From a virus, in IMG/VR virus record IMGVR_UViG_3300043122_000207, positions 96,001-160,000 of that record: 64,000 bases of DNA; one strand, given 5' to 3'. A program made the translations under genes and the position numbers. Numbering within the stretch: the first letter of the stretch is position 1; every line of letters starts with the position of its first letter. The notes beneath the pieces are model-generated. The model did no database searches. It had not been told where the DNA came from and worked only from the letters and a program-made list of their open reading frames with translations. Shown one piece after another: positions 29,430 through 37,766 of the stretch.

Positions 29430-30899
29430 GTGATGAATTTGAAAATAAAAAAAGATATCTTCGAGAGTGATTATGAATATAAGTCAACAGCACTCATAGA
29501 TTTAGCCTACATATACGGTGAAATAGTTTCTATATTTAAATATTCAGTATTAGATGATTTGGATGACATTTTAAACTTCAAATATGACAATATAAATACC
29601 CGAATAGCAATTAAAGAGAATTTAATCAAAACACCAAAAAGTTTATTGACTAATCCTAAACCTATATTGAATTTAAATGTTAGTATAGATACATCTTACG
29701 AGGGTGGTGTATTATCACCTCTTTTATACAATACAGATTTAAGCCACATAATGGATGTGAGAACATTTACAGATCCATTTATACTAACACACAACAGAGG
29801 AGACAATGCCAAAAATATAGCTGTATCTTTTTCTTTTAAAAGAATTAAGTTGACGGTTGAGGCCAATGTAATAGATGACTATAGATCTAAGTTGATAAAT
29901 GTGTATCACTATTGGAGAGCTAAAAGATACCCCGGAAGGTTATATAGGAAGACAGTGGTTATACCTTTCCCAATACCCAAAGATGTTTATTTAGAGTATT
30001 GTGATGCACACGATATAAATCCAGATAATATAGAAGAAGCTTACCACCATATCAAAAGACAATCCTTTTTCCCTGTTGAACTTAAAAAGAATCTCGGTAA
30101 CGGAAACCAAGAGATATTTTTAAAATATGAAACATTTTTAGATTATACTGGTATGGGTTCCAATCTAACAGATGGAATGAGAAAGGGTTCCATCACAACA
30201 GATTTCATGTTAACAAGACCTTTTGAAATAGAAATAAATGTTCCTTCTATGTGTTTTCTAAAATTGGATAGACCTAGAATGTTTGTGACCAATGATGCTG
30301 AAGCACCAGATGACGCTTTAGAAATTGGTGTTAGAGATTGGGTTAGATACGACTGGAAAGTTTATGAGGATGAGGATTATAAACAGATAATCAATGCAGA
30401 CTGGAAATTCGATAGAGCAGAGGAAACTATAGATTGCAAAAATCTATTATATGACAATTTCGATAACTTCTATGGATTTTTGACAAATAGAAAAGGTAAA
30501 AAGATTATTAAACCAGAAGAATATGATGTACCTTATGATATTGGTTTCAATGTAAATGAAAACACAGTAAGACTTTTGGTTGGTCAAGAGAGTGATGATT
30601 ATGAAATAAATTATAAAAACAATACAATCACCTTTTTATCTACAGGTAATCTCTTAGTGGACGGTGATAATGAATATACAGTTAGATTCGAATATGCGAT
30701 GAATGTTGAAAATTATATAAAGATCAAATATTTTAAAGATGAGGAAGAAAATATGGATAGGTCCTTTATTATAGATTCACAAAATTTATTGATAGAAGAA
30801 AAGAGTGCAGATTTCGGTGCAAACTATAATATAGGTATGTATGTTAAATTAGGTTTCTATAACGAATGGTTAGAGAATGTCAAATATAACGAAAAGTAA
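29430..30899 (+). CDS. Putative virion structural protein
   Basis: 489 aa with late promoter at 29404-29417 and downstream terminator. Confidence 0.5.
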   Translation: MMNLKIKKDIFESDYEYKSTALIDLAYIYGEIVSIFKYSVLDDLDDILNFKYDNINTRIAIKENLIKTPKSLLTNPKPILNLNVSIDTSYEGGVLSPLLYNTDLSHIMDVRTFTDPFILTHNRGDNAKNIAVSFSFKRIKLTVEANVIDDYRSKLINVYHYWRAKRYPGRLYRKTVVIPFPIPKDVYLEYCDAHDINPDNIEEAYHHIKRQSFFPVELKKNLGNGNQEIFLKYETFLDYTGMGSNLTDGMRKGSITTDFMLTRPFEIEINVPSMCFLKLDRPRMFVTNDAEAPDDALEIGVRDWVRYDWKVYEDEDYKQIINADWKFDRAEETIDCKNLLYDNFDNFYGFLTNRKGKKIIKPEEYDVPYDIGFNVNENTVRLLVGQESDDYEINYKNNTITFLSTGNLLVDGDNEYTVRFEYAMNVENYIKIKYFKDEEENMDRSFIIDSQNLLIEEKSADFGANYNIGMYVKLGFYNEWLENVKYNEK

Positions 30900-30906
30900 T
30901 TTAAAA

Positions 30907-30935
30907 CCCCAGGGCATTGCGCCCTGGGTAAAATA
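30907..30935 (+). terminator. Hairpin/terminator after the 29430 gene
   Basis: CCCAGGGC-att-GCGCCCTGGG. Confidence 0.6.
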
Positions 30936-31084
30936 AATATTTAAAAGGAGTTGATACTTAGGTTATATTTTTTATTTAATTAGGAGATGATATAACCTAA
31001 ATATCGGTGGCAAGTACAGAACAGTTTTTCTGACTTGCAATTATCGTGAAAAAGCTTTACTTATTAAAGGAGAGTATTCATATT

Positions 31085-31183
31085 ATGCAAAAAACATTTA
31101 TATTAAAAAGATTGCAAGAATATACTAGGCAATACAAAGTCTCATTTGTATTTACAGGAGCTGAATCATTTTATATTTATTAA
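31085..31183 (+). CDS. Possible 32-aa peptide MQKTFILKRLQEYTRQYKVSFVFTGAESFYIY
   Basis: AAGGAG about 12 nt upstream of ATG in an otherwise non-coding region. Confidence 0.25.
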   Translation: MQKTFILKRLQEYTRQYKVSFVFTGAESFYIY

Positions 31184-31341
31184 CTGAATAAAGGAAGCTA
31201 TTATTTATATTAAAGGGTGCTCAGAGGCAGAAAAGATAAAACAAGAATTATTTGTCATAATATATTGTAAGAAAGTTATATTTTTGTATTGGTTGTACGC
31301 CCAGTATACAACCAAGAAATCGTTAGAATGTTATCATAAAC

Positions 31342-32505
31342 TTAAGTCACCCTTAGCAGCTTAAGTTTAGATAAAGACCGTTTACCTTGTATTACTGTTG
31401 TATATCCTGCAATCCTATATTTATTGTTAGACAATTTACCCTCTAACTTGAAATAAGTGTATGGTTTTACATCTAATGGTAAATTACCTAAATAAACATC
31501 CATGAGTTCGGTATCAAACTTAGTTTTTTTGTGGTGTTTAAATCTATTACTTTTCATTTCTAAAACATTTATCTCATCGTATGGTCTTGGTCCAACAGGA
31601 CCTGTAAGTTCAGGATCTATATTAGAGACTATTGATTCTACATTGCCAAAACGTTCCAATATAAGTTCGTTTTTAATATCGTTTTCCTCAAGAACATAAT
31701 AAGTCCAATCATCTCTCATATCTAAAGAGTTTTGCTTTGGTCCTTCATCTGCTGCTATAGTTTTTATCTTGATAGTTTTTTCATATTCATCTGTGCTTTT
31801 TAATTTTATACCATGATCGTTTTTCTTATTTAGGATATAAACAACACCGTCATCAATAAAGATATTGTAACTGGTATCATAAATACCCATTTCGTTATCC
31901 AAATATCTAACGAATTGGTAAAACCCCATTGGTGCTATCAAATCCTGTTTATAACTTGTCGTATTATCGGGTGGAGATATAATGAGTTTCATATCACCAT
32001 TAGTTGCTGTATTAAAACCATAACCTAAAGCGTCAAGTACAGTGAAATTCTTCATAACCGTATTGATATAGTCGTATTTAAAGGCATTAATATCTTTTTT
32101 CTTATAAAGTGCTATTCTCATTACCTGGTTTTCCTGTTGTGCCTGTGATATTCCCCTTTCTGTTGGTTCACCATCTGAGAATGGGCTGTAACTTAAATAG
32201 GGTGTGTCAATCACACCAAGGTATTCTCCAGATGAATGTAATCTAAAAGGGGAGTCTTCTTCAAGATCTGTTGCCTTATAGAACGTATTTAGGTTCACCT
32301 TCACCACTGGATCTGATATATCTACATCTCTTAAAATCTCATAAAAAATTTTAGGAGGCATATTCATCGTTAAAACCATGAAGGGAAATCTATAATCGAG
32401 AAAATTCTTTTTAACAACCAAACTCTCAAAATACATATATGGGATCTCAACATCTTGAATTTTGATCTCTGTGGCAAACAAAAAATCAACTGATGGTTTT
32501 TTCAA
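31342..32505 (-). CDS. Putative baseplate hub / tail-associated virion protein
   Basis: 387 aa, TTG start after GGAGGTG; N-terminal KKNFLDYRFPFMVLTMN pattern, beta-rich C-terminus. Confidence 0.4.
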   Translation of the reverse strand: MKKPSVDFLFATEIKIQDVEIPYMYFESLVVKKNFLDYRFPFMVLTMNMPPKIFYEILRDVDISDPVVKVNLNTFYKATDLEEDSPFRLHSSGEYLGVIDTPYLSYSPFSDGEPTERGISQAQQENQVMRIALYKKKDINAFKYDYINTVMKNFTVLDALGYGFNTATNGDMKLIISPPDNTTSYKQDLIAPMGFYQFVRYLDNEMGIYDTSYNIFIDDGVVYILNKKNDHGIKLKSTDEYEKTIKIKTIAADEGPKQNSLDMRDDWTYYVLEENDIKNELILERFGNVESIVSNIDPELTGPVGPRPYDEINVLEMKSNRFKHHKKTKFDTELMDVYLGNLPLDVKPYTYFKLEGKLSNNKYRIAGYTTVIQGKRSLSKLKLLRVT

Positions 32506-32684
32506 ATGACTTCACCTCCCAAAAATTATTTTTAAAAATGCTTCAAGAATATTGTTATCAGAAAAAAATGTGAAGAATAAAAAATAATATTTTTATGTGG
32601 GGAACAACTATAGACAAAAATCGAAAAGTGACGGGGTAAAAACAGACAACAAAGAAGAACTTATAATTTTTAAAATAAATTTAA

Positions 32685-32758
32685 AAATTATGTTAATAAT
32701 TTATATAGTACCCCCGTAAGGGATAAGGTACGTTAAATATAAATTATTAACATAATTT
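32685..32758. repeat. 22-bp perfect inverted repeat enclosing a GNRA-capped mini-stem
   Basis: AAATTATGTTAATAATTTATAT (32685-32706) and its reverse complement (32737-32758); spacer contains GTACC-CCC-GTAA-GGG..GGTAC. Confidence 0.9.
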
Positions 32759-33007
32759 ATATATTAACTCTTTATTAAACCTATGAGTAAATAATTAGTT
32801 CTATTTGTTCTAGAGATTTAACCCGTACTTTCATAAAAAACCAAAGTGACCAAAGAAAAGTTATAAACAAAAGAAATAGTTGTGCCAGATTAAGAGGCTG
32901 AGGGGGTGGTGTGGTGCCGCCGCCGGCTGCCGATGACTGTTATGACGGTGATCTTAAATTTAGATGTTATTATTGACTTTTGATTCAGACATTTTTCATT
33001 TTTCAAT

Positions 33008-33020
33008 AACAAAATATTAG
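33008..33020 (+). promoter_or_regulatory. Late promoter AACAA-N5-TAG
   Basis: AACAAAATATTAG. Confidence 0.6.
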
Positions 33021-33057
33021 TCGGAATTAAAAAATAAAATTTAGGAGATGAAATCTT

Positions 33058-33618
33058 ATGTCAGAAATCGAAAATGTGGAATTGGAAAGAAGATTTGAAC
33101 TAGATGAAAAGAAATTTTATCTCAATTTATTAACAGATGAACACATAAAACCAAATGGTGTACAAACTATTTATTACCAAAACTATATTTATCATGATAG
33201 CAATAACCAAATCGAAGAAAGAATAAGAAAGATATCTGGATTGGGTGATTTTGCTGATGCTGAACCCATTTATAAAAAAACAATGAAACTCGGTATAGGC
33301 GATACTAGAAAAGAATTCAAAAATAAAATGACTGAAAAGGAATTTGAGTGGTTAAAAGATTATCTTGAAAGAGAACTTGGATACAAACCATTGATTAAAT
33401 TACACAATGAGTTTGAATATTTTTTAAATGGTAAAATATATACTTTAGAATTATCGAGTTTTTTAAAACCTCATAAACAGAGTTCGATCATTGAACTAGA
33501 ATTCGATACAATAAACGAAATGGAGTCATTTGAGCCTTTAGATTGGATGGGTAGGGAAATCACTAACGAATATTCGAATGTCGATATATGGAAGAAATAT
33601 AACCTGATAGGGGAATAA
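33058..33618 (+). CDS. CYTH-domain phosphatase/triphosphatase
   Basis: ELERRF (ExExK/R), YQNY, ERIRK, KKTMK..G..RKEF, IIELEF. Confidence 0.8.
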   Translation: MSEIENVELERRFELDEKKFYLNLLTDEHIKPNGVQTIYYQNYIYHDSNNQIEERIRKISGLGDFADAEPIYKKTMKLGIGDTRKEFKNKMTEKEFEWLKDYLERELGYKPLIKLHNEFEYFLNGKIYTLELSSFLKPHKQSSIIELEFDTINEMESFEPLDWMGREITNEYSNVDIWKKYNLIGE

Positions 33619-33639
33619 TGATAATAGAGGTGATAGGAT

Positions 33640-33942
33640 ATGTTGAATACAAAAAAACATAGTTTTATTAATAGGATAAACACAGATAAAGAAGAGTTTC
33701 AAACATTAGTAACACAGTTGATGGATATCATACATGAGAGTTATCCTTTAGGGGATTTTAAAATAGGGTGGCTTATAGATGGTGAGTGTTTATTAATAAA
33801 TAGCCAATACAAACTTAATAATCCAGTGTTTGGTTTCACCAGTGAAGATGAAGATTTTGAAAACCAATTTAACGAAATTTATTCTCATTTATTGAAAAAC
33901 GATTATATCTATTTTGGTAAAAAAAGTGAGTTTGTCCATTAA
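33640..33942 (+). CDS. Hypothetical protein
   Basis: 100-aa ORF with GAGGTG RBS. Confidence 0.6.
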   Translation: MLNTKKHSFINRINTDKEEFQTLVTQLMDIIHESYPLGDFKIGWLIDGECLLINSQYKLNNPVFGFTSEDEDFENQFNEIYSHLLKNDYIYFGKKSEFVH

Positions 33943-33954
33943 TAAATATAATCT

Positions 33955-33967
33955 AACAATATACTAG
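33955..33967 (+). promoter_or_regulatory. Late promoter driving an ORF-less unit
   Basis: AACAATATACTAG. Confidence 0.6.
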
Positions 33968-34192
33968 TGGAAATTAGTGAATTGATCACTTACAATTTAT
34001 CCTTTGCTCCTGGGATTAATTGTGGCAGCTAATTATCCTTATTCAGCAGCTAAGCAGTTGTCAATTCTTTTTTCAATTTCTAACCATCTCCCTTTTTGAT
34101 TTGCGGGTGTTGTGAACCGGAAATAAAACAACACCCGTTACATACTTAATTCTAATTCTTATATATTCCCAGGGTAAAACCTGGGATTTTAA
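33966..34192 (+). ncRNA. Candidate late small RNA
   Basis: Late promoter at 33955-33967, no sense ORF, hairpins (34012-34038; 34104-34137) and terminator at 34168-34190. Confidence 0.4.
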
Positions 34193-34232
34193 TTTGGCAA
34201 AAATAAACCCAGGGAATAACCCCTGGGTTTTG
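34168..34232. terminator. Back-to-back terminator hairpins
   Basis: CCCAGGGTAAAACCTGGG plus TTTT, and AAACCCAGGG..CCCTGGGTTT. Confidence 0.8.
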
Positions 34233-34240
34233 TTAATCTA

Positions 34241-34444
34241 TTACATACCTTTATTTTTTTGCTGTTCCATATATTTTTTTCTTTCTAAAAATTCCATTTT
34301 GGAATCAACCATATCTTCAATTTCAGAATTAGTCATAGTTTCCAATTCTGTTTTGGTTATTTTATCATCGAAGAATTCAAGCAGTTCGATCGTTAGTTCT
34401 GATTTCTGTTTGATAGTCTCTCTTGTATCGAACTGTTGATCGTA
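34241..34444 (-). CDS. -1 frame extension of the 34393-35853 gene (67 aa, YDQQFDTRE...KNKGM)
   Basis: Open -1 frame beginning at an 8-T slippery run (34444-34451) with no RBS/start of its own; ends before terminator 34204-34232. Confidence 0.6.
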   Translation of the reverse strand, partial: YDQQFDTRETIKQKSELTIELLEFFDDKITKTELETMTNSEIEDMVDSKMEFLERKKYMEQQKNKGM

Positions 34445-35853
34445 AAAAAAAGCATATCATTCACATTTTTATTATCGTTTTCAATCCACTTACCACACTC
34501 TGTACATTTAAACGGTTCACCTTGGAATTGATACTCTATATCTGATATCAATTCTTGGTCAGCACCATCTGAAATTTCCATCATCAATTCATCTGGTAGA
34601 TTATCTATAGCTTCTTGTATTTCTTCAACCTCATCGTGAATTGTTGAGAACTGAATTGTACCCACATTATCTTTTGTATCTCTTAAATCTTCAATGGTTA
34701 AAAGATCAATGAATAATAAAGATTCAGTGTATGTTTCATGGATGTTATTAACTTCAGCTCTTTTATTGTGCCATAGATATTTAAGTTTTTCATCTGTATC
34801 TGTGCTTCTTCTTAATCTCTGTGGTAAATATTCTGATAACCTATTGATGATTAAAATCCTAACCTGTTCATCAATAAACATATATTTTTTAAGATTAGGA
34901 GCTGATAACTCTACAGTATATTTAATTTCATCTTTTTCTAAAGTTACTTCTTTTTTCTTACCCATTACTGTTTTGCTTTGTAATTCATCGATTGTTTTGG
35001 TTGGATCATATTCGAAATCTTCCATTTCGTTATTCAATGAATTATCAAATATTTCTCTTATATTTTCAGTGGCTTTATTCTGTGTACCACAATGTGGGCA
35101 GTTAATAACTGAATCTACCCCTTTATTTGGTGTATTAGCTAAAGCCCATACAGCATTGATTAAAGGTAAATCCCCTGGTGATGTGATTTCTAAGAAAGTA
35201 GAAAAGTCAACCTTTTCACCATCTTTAAATTCAAATTCAGAATTCTCAAAGATGGTTTTGATTTTTTCTAAACTCTGGAAGAAACCAAACTCTTTCTCAT
35301 ATAAAACATTATATGCATCCCTTGTTTTAATGAATGTATTGAGTCCGTGCATTTTGATTATATAATTACTTTCAAAAAGAGGGAAAGATACACCTCTGTC
35401 TTTTCTACTTATGGTTTTAAGTTTCTGGAGTTTACTTAAATCACCAGCACGCTTTTTATTAGATACTCTGGATTCCATATCGATGACTTTATTTTTTTTC
35501 TTGGGTTCTTTATCTTTTTGATCTCTTTTTCTTTTGATCTCTTCTTTTTCTTTTTCTTCCTGTTCCTTAGATTCAATAGCTTTATTGTGTACTTCCGATA
35601 CAGTCTTTAAAGTGTTTACTGCATCTTTCATACCTTTATCTATTTCCTCCATATCTTCTTTTGGGATTCTATCTTTCATTGTGACCTTTTGTTCTGGTAA
35701 ATCCATATCGAGATTTAATTCTTTCTTTTCTTCTTTTGTTGGTTTTTCAAAATTGACTTCCTCTTTACTATCCTCGGCTCCATTATTATCTTCAACTTTA
35801 TCGTCAGCATTTTCTTTAAGAAAATCACTAACTTTATATTTCTTTTTTTCCAT
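34393..35853 (-). CDS. Tail/baseplate assembly protein with two CxxC motifs (gp26/chaperone-like)
   Basis: CPHCG and CTECG motifs, acidic/charged N-terminus, late promoter at 35895-35907, next to the gp25-like gene. Confidence 0.55.
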   Translation of the reverse strand: MEKKKYKVSDFLKENADDKVEDNNGAEDSKEEVNFEKPTKEEKKELNLDMDLPEQKVTMKDRIPKEDMEEIDKGMKDAVNTLKTVSEVHNKAIESKEQEEKEKEEIKRKRDQKDKEPKKKNKVIDMESRVSNKKRAGDLSKLQKLKTISRKDRGVSFPLFESNYIIKMHGLNTFIKTRDAYNVLYEKEFGFFQSLEKIKTIFENSEFEFKDGEKVDFSTFLEITSPGDLPLINAVWALANTPNKGVDSVINCPHCGTQNKATENIREIFDNSLNNEMEDFEYDPTKTIDELQSKTVMGKKKEVTLEKDEIKYTVELSAPNLKKYMFIDEQVRILIINRLSEYLPQRLRRSTDTDEKLKYLWHNKRAEVNNIHETYTESLLFIDLLTIEDLRDTKDNVGTIQFSTIHDEVEEIQEAIDNLPDELMMEISDGADQELISDIEYQFQGEPFKCTECGKWIENDNKNVNDMLFFTINSSIQERLSNRNQN

Positions 35854-35894
35854 TAAATAAACCTCCCATAATGATTTAATATTAATTGTTTACA

Positions 35895-35907
35895 CTAAAA
35901 GTTTGTT
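35895..35907 (-). promoter_or_regulatory. Late promoter AACAA-N5-TAG
   Basis: AACAAACTTTTAG on the - strand. Confidence 0.6.
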
Positions 35908-35921
35908 TCGAGTAAATCTTA

Positions 35922-36338
35922 TCACCCGTTAAAGTCTTTCTTGGGTACCTCTATAGACAAGTCGAATATATTGTTTTTATCAGATATCACATTGAAACTG
36001 AAATTATCATCTGTTAATGCTTCAATTTTTACCGAATCAAAACCATCCTTTTCAACAGTCACATCTGACATACCAAAGGGTAAGTATGTTCTGCATTGGC
36101 TTCTTAATTCTTCTTCCATTTCAGCTATATTCTGATCTTTGTCCAACATGTGCATATAAGAAGGTAAGTCGAAACCTGCATCTGGTTGATGTTGTATAGA
36201 ATTCTTTTTCATTAATAATAAATTTAAAAACATATTTATTTTTGCGAATTTACCTTTAAGAACACTTTGTTTACTGAATTTATCTATGTTTAATGTATAG
36301 TCTAAAACTGTACTTTTATCTATTGTGGTATATTCCAA
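35922..36338 (-). CDS. Baseplate wedge protein, T4 gp25-like
   Basis: NLLLMKKNSIQHQPDAGFDL matches the gp25 L..G....P..G motif; TTG start refined. Confidence 0.65.
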   Translation of the reverse strand: MEYTTIDKSTVLDYTLNIDKFSKQSVLKGKFAKINMFLNLLLMKKNSIQHQPDAGFDLPSYMHMLDKDQNIAEMEEELRSQCRTYLPFGMSDVTVEKDGFDSVKIEALTDDNFSFNVISDKNNIFDLSIEVPKKDFNG

Positions 36339-36404
36339 TTTGATACCCCCTATCAAAGAAATTCTTCTATAATAGTGTTCTATTGCTTTTTAAATGGTAT
36401 GGGA

Positions 36405-36418
36405 AACAAATGGTATAG
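36405..36418 (+). promoter_or_regulatory. Late promoter AACAA-N6-TAG
   Basis: AACAAATGGTATAG; a divergent variant AACACTATTATAG lies on the - strand just upstream. Confidence 0.6.
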
Positions 36419-36446
36419 TTTAATTATAAAACGGAGGTGTCTTAAG

Positions 36447-37766
36447 TTGGCTTATAAAAGAAATATACATTGTCCTCTATGTTCTTATAAATCGAAAAAC
36501 GAAGATAGGGTTGTATCACATATAAAATCGATACATAAAAGAGAATTAAACAAAAAAGGTTTTACTGCAAAGGAATTACTTTATAGAGATAGAAACAAAG
36601 ATAACCCAAATATTGGCCAGTGTGTTGAGTGTGGCGACGAAGTAGAATGGGATGAATCTAAAGAAAGATACCCAAGATTGTGTGACAAAAGTTCTTGTAA
36701 GAGGATTGCTCACAATAGGCATAAAAAAAACACGAAAGAAAAGTACGGTGTAGAATACAGATTAAGAGATCCGAAATATCAAAAGAAGATGTTGGAAAAC
36801 CATAAAGACGCAAAAAAATATCAGTGGTCAAACAATGGTCCTGAATTTATAGTTGTGGGTAGTGTTGAGTATGAGTTATTAAAAAAGATAGACAAAGAAA
36901 ATTTATTAGATCCAAAGAAGATTTCAGCACCTGCTGATTTTAATATTTCTTATAAAACACCTGACGGAAAAAAACATAATCATTTTCCTGATTTTTTTGT
37001 AAAGGATTTGAATCTTATTATAAGTTGTAAAGATGGATTAAAAAACCCTAATACACACCCAGGTTTTAAAAAAGATAGATTAAAAAACCTATGTGAATAT
37101 AGAGAGATATTAAATAATACAGATTATAACTATGTACAAATAGAAGGTAAAGAAGAAATTAAAAAGATTTCTAGTATTTTAAAGTCGGTGAAAAAATCTG
37201 TTAGAGCTAATTCACGATATGTCATGCCTCCCAGAATAGATTTTGTTATGTATAATGAAAGCCCATCGGAAGGTGTCCATATAGAATTAAATTATTTACT
37301 TATAGGTTTGAGAAATGAAGCACCTATCTTTTTTTTATTATCTCGGGATATCTTAAATTCCAAAGAACTTTATCATTTCAATGGTGAAGATTTATTGATT
37401 GTAGATGGGGATAATATTTTAGAGGAGTTTAATTTCTATTGTGTTGATTTACAAGAGACCGATAACTCTATAGATATTTTAAAAATGTATGATGACTTAC
37501 ATTCTTTTAAAGGTGAGACTATGATTGATATTATTTCTTATTATCTAGGTATACCTAATGAGTATAGTTTATCTGAAAAAATAGAGACCGTTATAGATAA
37601 TGTCGGTGGAGAAGAGTCTCTTACAACCTATAAAGATTATAAAGATGAATTCGATGAGAAGTTGAGAGAATTGTCCGAAGAAGAAAAAGGAGATTTAAAC
37701 GATATCTTTAAAGAACCACTAAAGGGTTTTTTAAATGATATGACAGGGGGTGTTGATGGTGAGTGA
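36447..37766 (+). CDS. Zn-finger plus PD-(D/E)xK/TnsA-like endonuclease domain protein
   Basis: C2H2 CPLC..HIKSIH, second CVEC..C..C cluster, FPDFFV..LIISCK nuclease-like core; TTG start at 36447 after GGAGG. Confidence 0.55.
   Translation: MAYKRNIHCPLCSYKSKNEDRVVSHIKSIHKRELNKKGFTAKELLYRDRNKDNPNIGQCVECGDEVEWDESKERYPRLCDKSSCKRIAHNRHKKNTKEKYGVEYRLRDPKYQKKMLENHKDAKKYQWSNNGPEFIVVGSVEYELLKKIDKENLLDPKKISAPADFNISYKTPDGKKHNHFPDFFVKDLNLIISCKDGLKNPNTHPGFKKDRLKNLCEYREILNNTDYNYVQIEGKEEIKKISSILKSVKKSVRANSRYVMPPRIDFVMYNESPSEGVHIELNYLLIGLRNEAPIFFLLSRDILNSKELYHFNGEDLLIVDGDNILEEFNFYCVDLQETDNSIDILKMYDDLHSFKGETMIDIISYYLGIPNEYSLSEKIETVIDNVGGEESLTTYKDYKDEFDEKLRELSEEEKGDLNDIFKEPLKGFLNDMTGGVDGE

Noticed and set aside
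30987-30995. ATG ATA TAA, identical to the lambda bar minigene
   Set aside because: The ATG is part of the AGGAGATG RBS motif itself with zero spacing, so efficient initiation is unlikely
32920-32960. Hammerhead-like CCGATGA core
   Set aside because: No matching GAAA and cleavage-site arrangement downstream
33963-34093. tmRNA-like reading on the - strand (GGAGATG 5' end, ...TTA GCT GCT tag-like codons, ...TTTCCACTA 3' end)
   Set aside because: Only about 130 nt, no room for pseudoknots, T-loop ATCAATT is non-canonical, ends in CTA not CCA, no G3:U70 pair in the best register, and GGAGATG is simply this phage's usual RBS
34104-34137. SRP RNA helix-8-like hairpin (GAACCGGAAAT)
   Set aside because: Lacks the conserved symmetric-loop residues and a stem closing the GGAA tetraloop
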